A DNA stretch of 64,000 bases from Rhodosorus marinus CCMP1338. Its lineage: Eukaryota; Plantae; Rhodophyta. The notes below the pieces were generated by a model. It saw nothing but the letters and a program-made list of their open reading frames with translations, was not told the origin of the DNA and ran no database searches. The translations under genes were made by a program, and so were the position numbers. This document shows, one piece after another, positions 11,908-23,463 of this stretch. The first letter of the stretch is position 1. Every line of letters starts with the position of its first letter. Location of the stretch: assembly GCA_029953675.1 (NCBI GenBank), contig JAMWBK010000001.1, forward strand, positions 3,742,664-3,806,663. Direction: 5' to 3'.

Positions 11908-12204
11908 TGTAACCGAGCTAGGCCTCTGTAACCGAGCTGTTATCCAACCAGCGGCCGTGGTTGGGTCTTGGGACACCGCCCTCCCGACGTTGAGCGCGTT
12001 GGGTGTGTCTAGTTTCCGAAATTTGGAGTTCAGTCTTTCCAGTGATGATAGAATCTAGTGTCCCTGAAAGTGCCCGTGGTTTGTTTCTCGAGCTCCAATC
12101 GGCGATGTACCAGACTCCCTGCCGGCCTGCACCCACGTCTGACTGGCTGGCGAGCCGTTTTTCACGGGCTCGCGGCCCCGCGGCCCGACCAGCTGCCGGT
12201 GATG

Positions 12205-12338
12205 ATCCGTTTATTCAGAGGCTAACTACCCTGAGAAGCGAGAGACAAGACGCTGATTACGCGCGTCCACAAACAAAGCAGAATTGGAGTGCCACAGGGT
12301 CAAAGAAAGCTCCGTGAGCAGACTATCTAAACGCCCTA
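12205..12338 (-). mobile_element. 3' end of another CRE-like family (F) nested in B'
   Basis: Homologous to 42547-42735, which encodes ..LLTELSLTLWRSNAALFVDAR-stop. Confidence 0.6.
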
Positions 12339-12743
12339 GGTCGTTGACTGGGGTTGTACCTCCCGCAAAAAATCCTCTGGTTGCTGAGGAAACAGAGGTC
12401 CCTCGTGATCCTCTTGATGATGGAACGGGCTCTGGGAGTCTCGTCTTCGCGCGTACCGATCAGATGCAAAACACCCTTTCTTCGGACTTGCACCGTGCTC
12501 CCTCGGCAGACTTCTCGCGCAGATGGTCTCGTCTTCCCGAGACCGCGCCCGCCTGCGTAGTCTTGGAGGGTGTATCAGCTCGCAGTGGCTCATGAGCGTC
12601 CACGCTTTTCCGGCACTCACACTCACGGATTTCGAAGTGCACACTTCTCTACGTTTATACCTCGGCTTGCATCAGCCGCCCTGGCCTTCCGAGAATAGTG
12701 ACGATATTGAACGGTAGGTATATCTATCTCAGTAATGCCCATC

Positions 12744-13751
12744 TCAGTAAGGAATCACAGCGAGCATTCCCTGATATTGACCAGGAGCTTGTATGTTCAG
12801 CACCGGGCATCCGTTCTGCCCTCCGCTATTCTTGATTTTGAACTGACTGATTCCAAATCCGCTCGCGTACAATCGATTATTCCAATAAACAATGTTGCTA
12901 GCCCCAGCTTGTTCCGACTGGCACAGGGGTTCCAGCTTCTCCTCTGTGATGGCGAAGGCGAATATTGCGTTACACGCTACATAACAAATATCTTGATCTT
13001 CGGATAACAGTAGAATATTCAGACCTTCAGCACAAGCAGCAGTGGTTTGGGCTTTCCATTCCAGAGTGTTAATATCCAACCGGTATAAGCTATTCCCAGG
13101 CCAACCCAGTGCGTAGATGTCGGCATTCGTCGCGGTTGCTAAGCTGGTGACTTCAAAGTCTAGTAGTTTCTCATAAAACTTATCGTAGTTCTTTGTTGGG
13201 TCATACTCAATCATGACTGACCTCCCTTCACCAATCCAATAGGCGACATACAAATAATTGCTGGTCAGGACAGCGGCCGCGGGCGTCAACTCAAAGGGAT
13301 ACTCTGTGGGACCTTGAATCTGAGCAATGATATCAAAGTTCTCATGATCGAGGACCTGGACGAATTTTCCGAAACCATCGATCACAATAATTCGGTCGGT
13401 GACAAGGGTGTCACTCGGAGCTTGCACATGGATCGGCCCTGATGACGTAGAGCGCTCGACGTCAGTCTCTTTCAGTTTTCCTTCCGAGTTTATATTCCAT
13501 CGACGAAGAGTCCCCCCAGAATTGGCCTTTTTTTCCCAGGTGTATGCGTATGAGCCAAACCGAAATATGGTTTGGTATGTGTCCCCTTGTTCTCCAGGCC
13601 TCAATGTCTGCATTGTCCTGGCATCGTCTCTTAATCGACTTGCAGCGTACGCTTCAATAGTCCCCCCAATCTCAACAGCAAAGACGTTTTGCTTGCAATA
13701 AACCAAAGATCCCATCAAACTCATAAGCACGAAAGCGAACACGACTTTCAT
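12744..13751 (-). CDS. Secreted 335-aa protein, probably a beta-propeller
   Basis: Intronless ORF with a hydrophobic signal peptide (MKVVFAFVLMSLMGSLVYC) and repeated short beta-strand motifs (NYLYVAYW, DIYALGW, ICYVAC, RLYASG). The fold is inferred. Confidence 0.7.
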   Translation of the reverse strand: MKVVFAFVLMSLMGSLVYCKQNVFAVEIGGTIEAYAASRLRDDARTMQTLRPGEQGDTYQTIFRFGSYAYTWEKKANSGGTLRRWNINSEGKLKETDVERSTSSGPIHVQAPSDTLVTDRIIVIDGFGKFVQVLDHENFDIIAQIQGPTEYPFELTPAAAVLTSNYLYVAYWIGEGRSVMIEYDPTKNYDKFYEKLLDFEVTSLATATNADIYALGWPGNSLYRLDINTLEWKAQTTAACAEGLNILLLSEDQDICYVACNAIFAFAITEEKLEPLCQSEQAGASNIVYWNNRLYASGFGISQFKIKNSGGQNGCPVLNIQAPGQYQGMLAVIPY

Positions 13752-13986
13752 CTTTCAAAAGCTTCCCTGGATTTTCTGGAACGATGGTTAACTCCTCCTT
13801 TTCGGTGTCTCCCGTGCAATCCTCTTCACCAACCTCGATAGTACAGTTCCCAACGACTAGCAAATGAGCATTTTGGGCTATATCGTAAAGAAGTGCGCCG
13901 CCGTCCAGGTCTGCAAAACTTCTTCCGTCCTCAACTACAAGATATCTCGCGCGCATGACCTGAGAGACTGTAATATATATATATAG

Positions 13987-14369
13987 TATATGCATATAGA
14001 TATTATATATATTACATAGATACATACTCACAACCGTCCATATGTGTTGTTTGTTTCCCCAAAAGTAGCTTAAGGCCGCACTTAGAGCGGCCTCTTTGCT
14101 TTCCAGTCATCTGTGCTCCGGACGCTCGCTCTGTCCTTTTCTGTCCCTGCACGTCACTTGCTGTATAAAGTACCTGTGTGTATATGCATATAGATATTAT
14201 ATATATTACATAGATACATACTCACAACCGTCCATATGTGTTGTTTGTTTCCCCAAAAGTAGCTTAAGGCCGCACTTAGAGCGGCCTCTTTGCTTTCCAG
14301 TCATCTGTGCTCCGGACGCTCGCTCTGTCCTTTTCTGTCCCTGCACGTCACTTGCTGTATAAAGTACCT
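13987..14369. repeat. Tandem duplication, period 194 bp
   Basis: 13987-14175 is repeated essentially identically at 14181-14369. Confidence 0.9.
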
Positions 14370-14439
14370 ATCTCCCCTCTGCCGCTCTCCGCCGGGACAC
14401 AGCAGCGTCTGTACGTCGCCGACTAAAGGAACGGCGGTA

Positions 14440-14740
14440 TACGGCGAGCATGGCCAGTCTCCCCTGGGCGGAGGGCCGCTCTCACAGGTTCCAGCCTTTC
14501 GTTGTGGAAAGCCCTGGGAATCTGGGCAAGTCAAGCTTGGAGTGGCCGCGGAAATCTTCTAATGACCATCCTGCTGAAAATCTGATACTCCTACGCCGTT
14601 TAAGTGTCGCTCTCTGGCAGTGTTCATATTCGAACAGCATGCTCGCGGAGGCGCACCACCGCAGTCTGGGCATGTAGTTTTTTTCCTAGTTCCTAGTTCA
14701 TTTTTTACGACCTGCGTGGCGCTAGGCTACTAAAACCACC
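14440..14740 (+). mobile_element. Family A-like 3' fragment
   Basis: MASLPWAEGRSHRFQPFVVES..LLRRLSVALW; a further short piece lies near 15036-15105. Confidence 0.7.
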
Positions 14741-15149
14741 ACCGCCAAAGATACACACGTCCAGATATCCGGAACACGTTCAATGAAAAGATGAACTCTC
14801 ACTATCAAAACGTCCGCCGTCCTCTTGGGATAACTACGTCCCTCGGGTGGGTGTTCCTCTTGCTTACTGGAAAGCGATCAACCCACACCCCGCCGAGCGG
14901 GTTTCCTACAAGAGGGGGAAAGTGTGCGACTAGCAACTCATCAATAAACTAGAGTAGTTCTCTAACGAACTCATTCAACTACGAAATGAGTTTGATTAAT
15001 CGAACTACTAATACTACGTATAAATGAACGAAGGTATGCTGAGGGCATGGCCAGTCTTCCCCGGGAAGAGGACCGGTCTCGCAGGTTCCAGCCTTTCATT
15101 GTGGAGAAAACTTTTTTTTTGTGGGGGGGCAAGAGGAAAAGTCAAGCTT

Positions 15150-15350
15150 GGAGTGACTGAGTGCTTTTTTTAATGGAAAACTGAATGAAAAAATGTCGAG
15201 TGGAAAAAAAGACTACGCACGGCGAAGATCGTGCGCCTACAACATTAAAGGATCGTTCAGACGCTACGGCAGGAAAGCAAGCTGGTAAACGACGAGAGAC
15301 GGTCAGGGCGTTCGCGGAACAGCGTATGAGAAGGGTTGTGGATGAAAAAA
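15150..15350 (-). mobile_element. Diverged family B-like 3' end
   Basis: Similar to the reverse complement of the B terminus (AAAAAGACTACGCACGGCGAAG..CAACATTAAAG). Confidence 0.55.
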
Positions 15351-15834
15351 AAAATATCAACTGCATCTGGGCTCCCCCTAACAATATCCCTCCGCGCATC
15401 ATACCACAAGACTGGACCCATCAAAGAGAATCCACCCGGGATACCAACTCCCAGCCAATCACCTCAGTAGGCCACCACTACTGGACTTTACTAGTAGCTA
15501 ACCGCCTCTACTGACACCATCTTTAATGGAACTGGAAGTTCTTACAGAGCTATAGAGACCCGCGAAGGTTCATACTGTTAAAAAGCCCAGGTGTATGAGT
15601 GTTGTTCATCCACTTCCTTCTCTTTTTATTAAGAACCCAAACGTACTTGATGGTTTCTAGGATCGATATTATATACAGTTCTAGCTCTGAGATGCTTGGA
15701 CTTTTGGAACACGTTCATGCAGATGCAAGTGTGCAAAAACCCTAATCCTACCCTGGCTTGATCCTAAACACTCAGGTAGCTGACCAACCACGAATCACTA
15801 CTGGCGACTACAATCGCTTTGCGTTAGTAACCCC

Positions 15835-15944
15835 CTGTGGCGCATGAATGCCGCTTTGATGTTGGAGGCGCGAGTACTTCGCCGCGCTTAGTCTTTTTTT
15901 CCCCTCGGGGTTTTTTTTTCAGCCTCCGATTAAACCATTCATTC
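15835..15944 (+). mobile_element. Family B 3' stub with the 8-bp target-site duplication AGTAACCC
   Basis: Matches the B terminus. AGTAACCC occurs at 15826-15833 and 15945-15952. Confidence 0.8.
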
Positions 15945-16141
15945 AGTAACCCTGTGCTAATAAAGCCAGTAACCCTGTTCGTCACCAGAACCAGCTCTCA
16001 CAGAACAGGTTCAGTCAATATAAGGGTCCTGATTGGTTACCAGTCTTTTCGATTGACCTATGGTAAGGTGGCAATAGGGCCGGCTCTATCTGCCCTATCA
16101 TATTACGATACTAATTTCAACGGTTTGGCCTTAAAAAAAAC

Positions 16142-16570
16142 GTGATCACCGGTGACGACAGCCGCCGTACCACATACGTTGATCTTGCTGTTCCTAACCC
16201 TCAAGCTAGTCGTTATCTCCCGGCTGCGGGGGAGCGCCGTGGATCAGCCGCCGCCAGCATGAGACGCCGCAAAGAGATTAAATACGCGGGGGCTTTGTCT
16301 TCCCCTGGTGTTCGTGCTTCGGCACTAGCACATCGCTTGGTACCCCTGATCATTGAGTGCTTTGGGTTCATGGACTCTGTTGTTCTCGCTGGCTTCGGGA
16401 GTTGTTCCGCGAACGCCCTGACCGTCTTCAATCGTTGTTTACCCGCTTAAGTTTCCTGCTGTGGCGCATGAATGCCGCTTTGATGTTGGAGGCGCGAGTA
16501 CTTCGCCGCGCTTAGTCTTTTTTTCCCCTCGGGGTTTTTTTTTTCAGCCTCCGATTAAACCATTCGTTCG
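16142..16570 (+). mobile_element. Family B 3' fragment (REL C-terminus and 3' UTR)
   Basis: Near-identical to about 6895-7325, with a small frameshift. Confidence 0.9.
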
Positions 16571-18015
16571 TAAAAAAGTGTGCCTGTGAAGAGTTCTTGA
16601 CAACACAGCAGAGGAACGCTGTGTTCTCAAGAAGTCTTCCGGCGGTTTGTGATGGGTTACGGAGTTGGGTTGGGTGAATTTTTGGTTATCATATTCTTTG
16701 CTCGTGGGAGGCGCTGCCTTCCGTCGTCTTTGCCCAGGGTTGTTTGGGTGTGTGGCTTGTCGGCGGACTTTCTCTCCTTCTCTTGGGTTGTGGTGGAGGT
16801 TTCGGGGTGCTTTGTATTGGGTATTAGCCAGTCTTTGTGGGGCTTTTGTCGTGAAACTTCTCCTCGCCACACTCTTTTGTGATGGCTGGGGTCTCCCCAC
16901 CTCTTCCGGTGGCCGGCGCTGCCGTCTCTCCGCCCGTGGAGCTGCAAGTGGGCGCATTCAGCACCCAGGCCACTCTCAGCAACTCCCAATTCTGCTGTAC
17001 CCCTCCAAATCTCCGGCCAAAACACCCCCCTGAACTTTCCCTGAGGCCGAATCCTGCCCCTGCAAGTGTCTCTCAGCCCTCCTATTCCCAAGTCCTTCGT
17101 CGGGGCTCCTCTGAAGAACCCACGACGGCCATGGTGCGTATGATGCCTTCCCCCGTGGCCACGCCTGCATTCTCTCGCCAGCTCTCTCCGTTTCATCTCG
17201 TCTGGATGACGAACGTGCGCCCCCAAACCCCTTCTCGTTGTCGGGGTCGCACGCTCGTTCACTACCGTGATTTCCGCGATACGATGGCCTCCTCACTTGG
17301 AGTCGATCCATCTGAGTTCATCTATATGGATTTCAATGGAACTCATGCCTGTTTCCTCGTCACAGAGTTTGCTTATCAATGCCTTACCTCGCTTGTCGCC
17401 ATTCCTGAGCCCCAACGGTCTGCCCTTTCAAACACGACACTGACTCGTGCCCACGTCTCATTGTTTGTTGAGTTTGACCGCTTCGACGCAGGATGGGTTC
17501 CCGCGTCGGCGCTGCAGAGCCACCCTACCACGCAAGCTCCTGTTATCGCACTGGAAACTCATGGTGCGCGACTATCACGCATCCAGTCGAGCCTCTTTGC
17601 CCGTTTCCCTCCCCCGTGGAGTCCTCCGCTCGGCGTTAGAGGACTTCCTCGCCGCTGAGGCCGCTCTGATGGAAGCTCATCCGGCCTTTTACCTCTACCG
17701 AGCGACTCCTGCCCGCCCTCCTCCCCTTGACATGTGGGCGGCCCCATCGTGCTCCCCGAATCCGCTGGCTTTGGACCACCTCAGCGAAGACTCCGTTCCT
17801 GACAATCCTGCATCTGCCTTCTTTAGGTCTTTTAGTTCCTTCGCTCGTACGCCACGTAAGCGACGTGCCGCCCTGAGTCACCCTCAGAGGGCCCCCCACC
17901 GGATACCCGCAACGCCTCCGCCGCTGAGAGGACGCCTGATGTCTGGGTCCTCTTACCCCGCCCGGGTGTCACCCGTGTCCGTCCTGTTCTCCGATGCCCC
18001 CTCCACCTGGCGCGA
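16571..18015 (+). mobile_element. Family B' 5' part (5' UTR, ORF1, start of ORF2), truncated at its 3' side
   Basis: ORFs 16879..17658 and 17447..18034 are homologous to B ORF1 and near-identical to 8983-9845. Confidence 0.85.
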
Positions 18016-18356
18016 GGCGCAGGTTGGCTTTTGATAGCGTTGTTGATCGTGTTGCCGTTGTGCGAAGACGGTTGCAGCTTCCGGTAGGGTCGTCATAGTT
18101 CGAGTTTCGTCCGGTGTAATAAGGTCGGCTGGCAGGGGTGGATTCTTTCCGTATACTAGCTCGAATGGAGAAATTCGGTTGCTCCTGAGATTTGGCGATT
18201 CCACGTAAGTCCTGCCATCGGTAGAAAATCTGCCCAGTTCGACGTTGTTGCATTATATCGTAGGTACGTCTCCAAAATTTGATTTATCCGCTCCGTTTGT
18301 CCATCCGTCGGCGGATGATACGCGGTATAACTTTTCTGCTTCACCTTCAAAGAACA
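18016..18356 (-). mobile_element. Ty3/gypsy integrase core fragment
   Basis: LKVKQKSYTAYHPPTDGQTERINQILETYLR..SPFELVYG; this is the segment expected after SDRD in the pol ORF. Confidence 0.85.
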
Positions 18357-20768
18357 GAGATATTCCACCCGCAGCCCCGAGGGCCCTGGGGAACGGCCCT
18401 TCGGAGCATCATGAACCAACTCACGCACCGCCTCCAGATTGACCACTAACCGCGCACTGGGATGTGGCGCGGCGCGGTACTCTTCCAACACTGATTCAAA
18501 CGAGGAGTCCCAAGGGAAGCCTTCCGAGGGAAAGAGCAAACGGAGCGGTGAAGAAAGATCATCGGAGTATGGAACCACAGGTTGCCGCTGCTGGAGGATC
18601 CCGGCTGCCCGCCGCAGATCACCGCCTGCCACCGCGTGACGCGCCCGATTCTGTCGAGAAGACCTAAAAGCTGAGGGATCACTAGGAGAAAAGGAAGAGA
18701 GAGAAGCGAAATAAAGACGTTCGAGGTCCTCAAAGTCGCCGGAGAGGAACATTTGCAGTTTTCGGCGAGGGTGGACCCGGCGAGGATGTGGGTTGAGGGG
18801 GACGGTAGAGGAGGTGAGCACGAGGCGGGGAAAAAAGAACAAGAGTTCCCAGCGAAGAGAGCAGTGAGGGTTCGCGGCGACCTGCTGCCAGAGAAAATCC
18901 AACACCAATCCTAGGGGCTTATGAAGTCGACGAGGGAGCCGTACGGCCGTGCTCTGACGACAAAGGGGAAGGGAACCGTCCGGGTAGGAGGCGACAAGGT
19001 GCGAAAACCACGAGAGAACACGCTCATGCCAGGCTGAGCGGTCACTGGGGTGTTTCCTGCTGTGGCGCATGAATGCCGCTTTGATGTTGGAGGCGCGAGT
19101 ACTTCGCCGCGCTTAGTCTTTTTTTCCCCTCGGGGTTTTTTTTTTCAGCCTCCGATTAAACCATTCGTTCGTTCGGTAAACAGGGGTAACCGGGACGACA
19201 CGCACGCGGAGGAGGAAGACTCAGACATCGGGCCTCCCCTCAGTCGGGAAGGCAGATCGAATATCCGGAGGAGGTGCCTCGGAGGGAGGCTCAGGAGCCG
19301 CACGACGCTTACGTGGAGGGCGCACGAAGGAACTAAAAGACCTGAAGAAAGTAGACACAGGGTTTTCAGCAGCGGAGTCTTGACTGAGGGTGTCCAGAGC
19401 CAGCGGATTCGGAGAGGCCGATGGTGCTTCTGCCATGTCGGTGTCACGAGCCTCGGAGACAGGGCGAGGGGAGGAAGGGTGCTCAAGAGTCGGCGGCAGA
19501 AGGTCAAACGCAGGGTGAGCTTCCAGCAGGGTGGCCTCAGTGGAGAGGAAGGCCTCTAGCGCGGTGCGGAGGACCCCGCGAGGAGGAAAACGCGCGAAGA
19601 GGCTCGCCTGTATGCGCGAGAGCCGCGCCGCATGAGTGTGTAGCGCGACAACCGAAGCCTGCGAGGCATCCAGGTTTTGCAAGGCCGACGGAGGAACCCA
19701 GCCGGCGTCAAAACGATCGAACTCGACAAACAAAGAGACATGAGGACGAGTCAGTATCATGTTGGCCAGAGCAGAGCGCTGGGGCGCGGGGGTGGTTACA
19801 AGCGATTGAAGGAACTGGTAAGCCGAGTCAGTAACAAGAAAACAGGCATGAGGGCCCGTGAAGTCCACATATAGGAATTCAAACGGGGCGACCCCAAGGG
19901 AGGAAGCCATGGTGTCGCGAAAATCGCGGTAGTGGACGGGCGCGCGGCCCCGACCACGAGAGGGGGTCTGGGGACGCACGTTCGTCATCCAAACAAAGTG
20001 GAACGGAGATAGTTGGCGAGAAGAGTCAATAGGGATGTGTTGTGGCATCATACGCACCATTGCCGTCGTGCGTTGTTCAGAAGAGCCCCTGCGTAGGACC
20101 TGCGAATAGGTCGCACGTGGGGCACTGGAGGGAGCAGGATTCGGGCCCGACGCGGGCCCAGGAGGCGTCTGTCCTTGAATAGGGGTAGGCCAGTCGGAAT
20201 CAGGAATGACCGGAGCGGAGCGCTCGGGTCGGGTGGAGGCAGGCCCCGCTGTACCGTGCGGATCCGCGGGGACGGGCACCGGGGGGTATGGGGCAGGCGC
20301 GGAGGCGGAGAAGCGCTCCAAATAGGCGATCAGCAGGGGCAGGCGGTGTTCCTGGGAAGCAGTCACAAGAAGACTCGTCAGTTTCGAGCAGATCCCATGG
20401 GCTAACTCGTCAGCGCAGTCCGTGAGGGTGGCCGCGGTACTAAACCCGCCCACGCAGAGCTCCACGCGCGCTGAGAGAACGGCTCCGTCCGCCGGAATGG
20501 GTGGGGAAACCCCAACCATAACGATTGGAAGGTGTGAAAAACCGATTCCTCCACGAAACCCCCAAAAAGAGAACTTGTTCCCAACGTTTGCAACCAAAGA
20601 AAAACCACCACGACCCCCAAGGGGCGCTAGCAACCCCCAGCACGCACCACACCACTAGAAGATGCGGGGGAAAGGCTGCAGAAAGAAGCGCCTCCCACCG
20701 AAGAACACAATTGCGACTCAAAACCACCAAAAGCCAGCACCATACACCCTCACGAAACCAAAAACTGA
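18357..20768 (-). mobile_element. Inverted near-identical copy of the family B 5' half (2462-4874), truncated at its 3' side
   Basis: Same ORF1, same 124-bp antisense insertion, same ORF2 start. Confidence 0.92.
19221..20633 (-). CDS. Family B ORF1, intact (probable start at 20519); unknown function
   Basis: Uninterrupted ORF with a Pro-rich linker, TYSQVLRRG, FVWMTNVRPQT..DFRDTMASSLGV..EFLYVDF..HACFLV and a basic RKRR stretch near the C-terminus. Confidence 0.8.
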   Translation of the reverse strand: MLAPLGGRGGFSLVANVGNKFSFWGFRGGIGFSHLPIVMVGVSPPIPADGAVLSARVELCVGGFSTAATLTDCADELAHGICSKLTSLLVTASQEHRLPLLIAYLERFSASAPAPYPPVPVPADPHGTAGPASTRPERSAPVIPDSDWPTPIQGQTPPGPASGPNPAPSSAPRATYSQVLRRGSSEQRTTAMVRMMPQHIPIDSSRQLSPFHFVWMTNVRPQTPSRGRGRAPVHYRDFRDTMASSLGVAPFEFLYVDFTGPHACFLVTDSAYQFLQSLVTTPAPQRSALANMILTRPHVSLFVEFDRFDAGWVPPSALQNLDASQASVVALHTHAARLSRIQASLFARFPPRGVLRTALEAFLSTEATLLEAHPAFDLLPPTLEHPSSPRPVSEARDTDMAEAPSASPNPLALDTLSQDSAAENPVSTFFRSFSSFVRPPRKRRAAPEPPSEAPPPDIRSAFPTEGRPDV

Positions 20769-21030
20769 TTCGTTTTACTGAGTATCCTGTTATTATCAAC
20801 GCAAAATCTCCAACTCCCGGATTCAAAAGTTTTTCCGCCCAGATATGTTGGGCCTTTCAAAATTCCACGCAAAGTTGGCGAAGTTGCGTATCAACTGGAG
20901 CTCGGAGGGAATCATCAAATCCATGACGTTTTTCACGTATCGCTTCTACGTAAGTTTAACGGAGCCGAACCAGAAATGACCGAAGTGACAAGGGCACTCT
21001 TACCAGACACCCAACAACGCGAAGTGTAGT
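20769..21030 (+). mobile_element. Ty3/gypsy integrase C-terminal GPY/F module, inverted relative to pol
   Basis: My translation of the plus strand: LLSTQNLQLPDSKVFPPRYVGPFKIPRKVGEVAYQLELGGNHQIHDVFHVSLLRKF. Confidence 0.8.
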
Positions 21031-23407
21031 CAGTATCTCGGTCGGAAACAATTTCTCTGGGTAACCCCGCAAACCTAACCCAATGGCGTAGGAATAGCTC
21101 TGCAACCTTCTGCGCAGAAACGTCAGTGGTTGTCAGAATAAAACGAGAATACTTGGTGAAGCGATCCACGATGACAAAGATGGAGTCGAACCCTTCCGCA
21201 GTCATAGGTAGGCGAATGATAAAGTCCATAGAAATTGACTGGAACTTCCCATCTGGAATGGGTAGAGGTTGGAGTGTGCCCGCTGTCGATCGTAGAGGTT
21301 TTTGTCGTTGACAGACATCACAGTGTCTTAGCATTTGTTGGATGTCGTGTTTCATCGTTGACCAAAAATACTTCCTCTTAATCAGGTTCCGGGTTTTCGT
21401 TACCCCAAAGTGTCCTCCGGTTGGCTCTTCGTGATAGGTTCTGAGCAATCTATCGACCATTGATTCAGGTACACAAATACGATGATGTCGATAGAGGACG
21501 TTATTCCTCTTGAGAAAACCCTGCTCCGCATATTCTGCAGGTCGCTGATAGATCGCCGCAAACTCTGGATCGCGTAGGTACGTCTGCGGCCAATCCACAT
21601 CGGTCGTAATCGACGATACAGCCAGTTGCTGGATGGCATGTCTGCTTAGCGCATCCGCAATGTTGTCACTGCCTTTTCTGTATTCGATCGAAAACTGGAA
21701 GGGCATCAGTCTATTGATATATCGTGCCTGCCTCTTCGTGAGCTCCTTCTGCGAGTGTAAGAATCTCAACGGGTTGTGATCGGTTCTCACTAAAAATCGG
21801 TTTCCCTCCAAGTAAGTTCGCCAGTGTAAGATCGCGGTTGTCAATGCGAAAAGCTCCTGCTCATACGTTGAGTATCTGGCTTCCGCATTCGTAAATTTTT
21901 TTGAGTAATAGGCTACAGGATGTTCGCCTGTGTCGAATGTTTGTAACAGCACACCGCCCACTCCGATGTTGCTGGCGTCGGTGTGGACAATGAACTCCCG
22001 GGTAAAGTCAGGGCTACGCAGCACTGGGTGTTGAGTGATTCGCGTTCGTAAATTGTTAAACGCTGCCGCTTCTCTGGTTCCCCAATTAAAACTCGACCCT
22101 TTCTTCGTTAATGCGGTTAACGGGGCCGCAAGTGGGCTGAACTCTGAAATGTAGCTCCGTAAATAATTAGCAAAACCCAAGAAGGATCTTACATCCGTAA
22201 CATTGGAAGGTGTCCGCCAATTCCGGATCGCCGTAATTTTGGTAGGATCTGGCTTCCTGGTTCCACTGCCAACGAGATGCCCGAGATATTGGGTCTCAGG
22301 TACCCCGAACGTACATTTCCCCTTTTTCGCGTATAATTTGTGTTCGTGGAGTTTCGCGAACACGATATCCAAATGCTTCCGATGTGCATCCAGGTCCGAA
22401 GAGTAAACGATGATATCGTCAAAAAAAATCTTGACGAAATGACCTAACTCTTTGAAGAATATGTGTGTCAGAAGTCGAGTAAACACGGCCGGTGCGTTCG
22501 TCAAACCAAAAGGCATGACTAGCCATTCATACAACCCAAACGGCGTTGTGAATGCTGTCTTAGGGATGTCTTCTTCTCGCACCCGTAACTGCCAGTAGCC
22601 ACTGCGCAGATCGATGACGCTTAAGTATGTGGCGGAGTCTAGGGCATCGAGGCAGTCGTCAATGCGCGGCGGGCTCGTCCGGTTTGGTATTGTAGATTGG
22701 TTGAGCTTTCGATAGTCAATGCACAAACGCTTTCCTCCATCTTTCTTGTCTACAAACAGACATGGCGACGCGAATGGGGAGGAACTCGGTCGAATCAGCT
22801 TCCTCTGTAACAAGTTCTGTAGCTGCTTCTTTAGTTCGTGTTGGTCTGGGAGACTCATGCGGTATGGTCGTTGGGCCTTTGGTTCTGCTCCCGGTCGTAG
22901 CTCGATATCAAAGTTAACTTTGCGCCATGGAGGTAGCTCAGGAACATCGTCGGGAAAAACTCCGTCATATTTTGCGGTTATCCGGGTCTCGAACTCTTTC
23001 GCCTCTTTCTGGCGTCTGGATCTTTCAGGGTCTTCAGGTTCTTCAGGTTCTTCAGGTTTTTCAGGTTTTTCAGGTTCTTCAGGGTCTTTAGGTTTTAGTG
23101 TCAGGGTCTGGTTTTGTAGATTCAGCTGCGCGTTGTATTTTTGCAGGAAATCTCTTCCTAAGTACCCCGGGCTAGTGGCTTCTTCCACAATATAGGGTTG
23201 CCAGTTGAAGTTGTGATCACCTAGCTGTAAGATTACGTTCTCTTCCCCCAGAATCTCTATTGATGCGCCTGGGGAAGCGGTGTCCAAACTCCCGTGTTGA
23301 GTTGGGATTATTGGAGTGGCGTCTGGTATGCCTCGCAGAACGGAATGGCTACTTCCGGTATCGATCAGGAGGGCTTGCTTCTTCCCATTCAAGAATCCCG
23401 TAACCAT
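21030..23407 (-). CDS. pol: Ty3/gypsy Pol: protease, RT, RNase H, N-terminal half of integrase
   Basis: LIDTGSSH, IDLRSGYWQ, FFDDIIV, HTDASN, TDHNPL, HHCC (H..H..C..C), ISMDFI, IVSDRD in the order PR-RT-RH-IN. The ORF runs to 20933 only because it continues into the inverted segment. Confidence 0.93.
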
Positions 23408-23463
23408 AAGGTTTCCACTGAAGGGAATCCGAACGCCTTTATCAGCAACAGTGTTGGCGTCTC

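Larger units (their letters stand above)
8983..12700 (+). mobile_element. Degenerate family B' element (ORF1 3' part, RT, start of thumb/Zn region) with nested insertions
   Basis: Many frameshifted ORFs homologous to family B (VWMTNVRPQT, LGVGYRGGCELL, VDFSNAFN, SSQWLMSV). Confidence 0.8.

Noticed and set aside
13672-14031. 119-aa ORF as a separate gene
   Set aside because: It starts in a TA repeat and overlaps the 335-aa gene out of frame. Part (13757-13959) might be an orphan exon, but I cannot support that.
15736-15754. Canonical TTAGGG-type telomere relic (AAAACCCTAATCCTACCCT)
   Set aside because: Only one exact CCCTAA; expected by chance.
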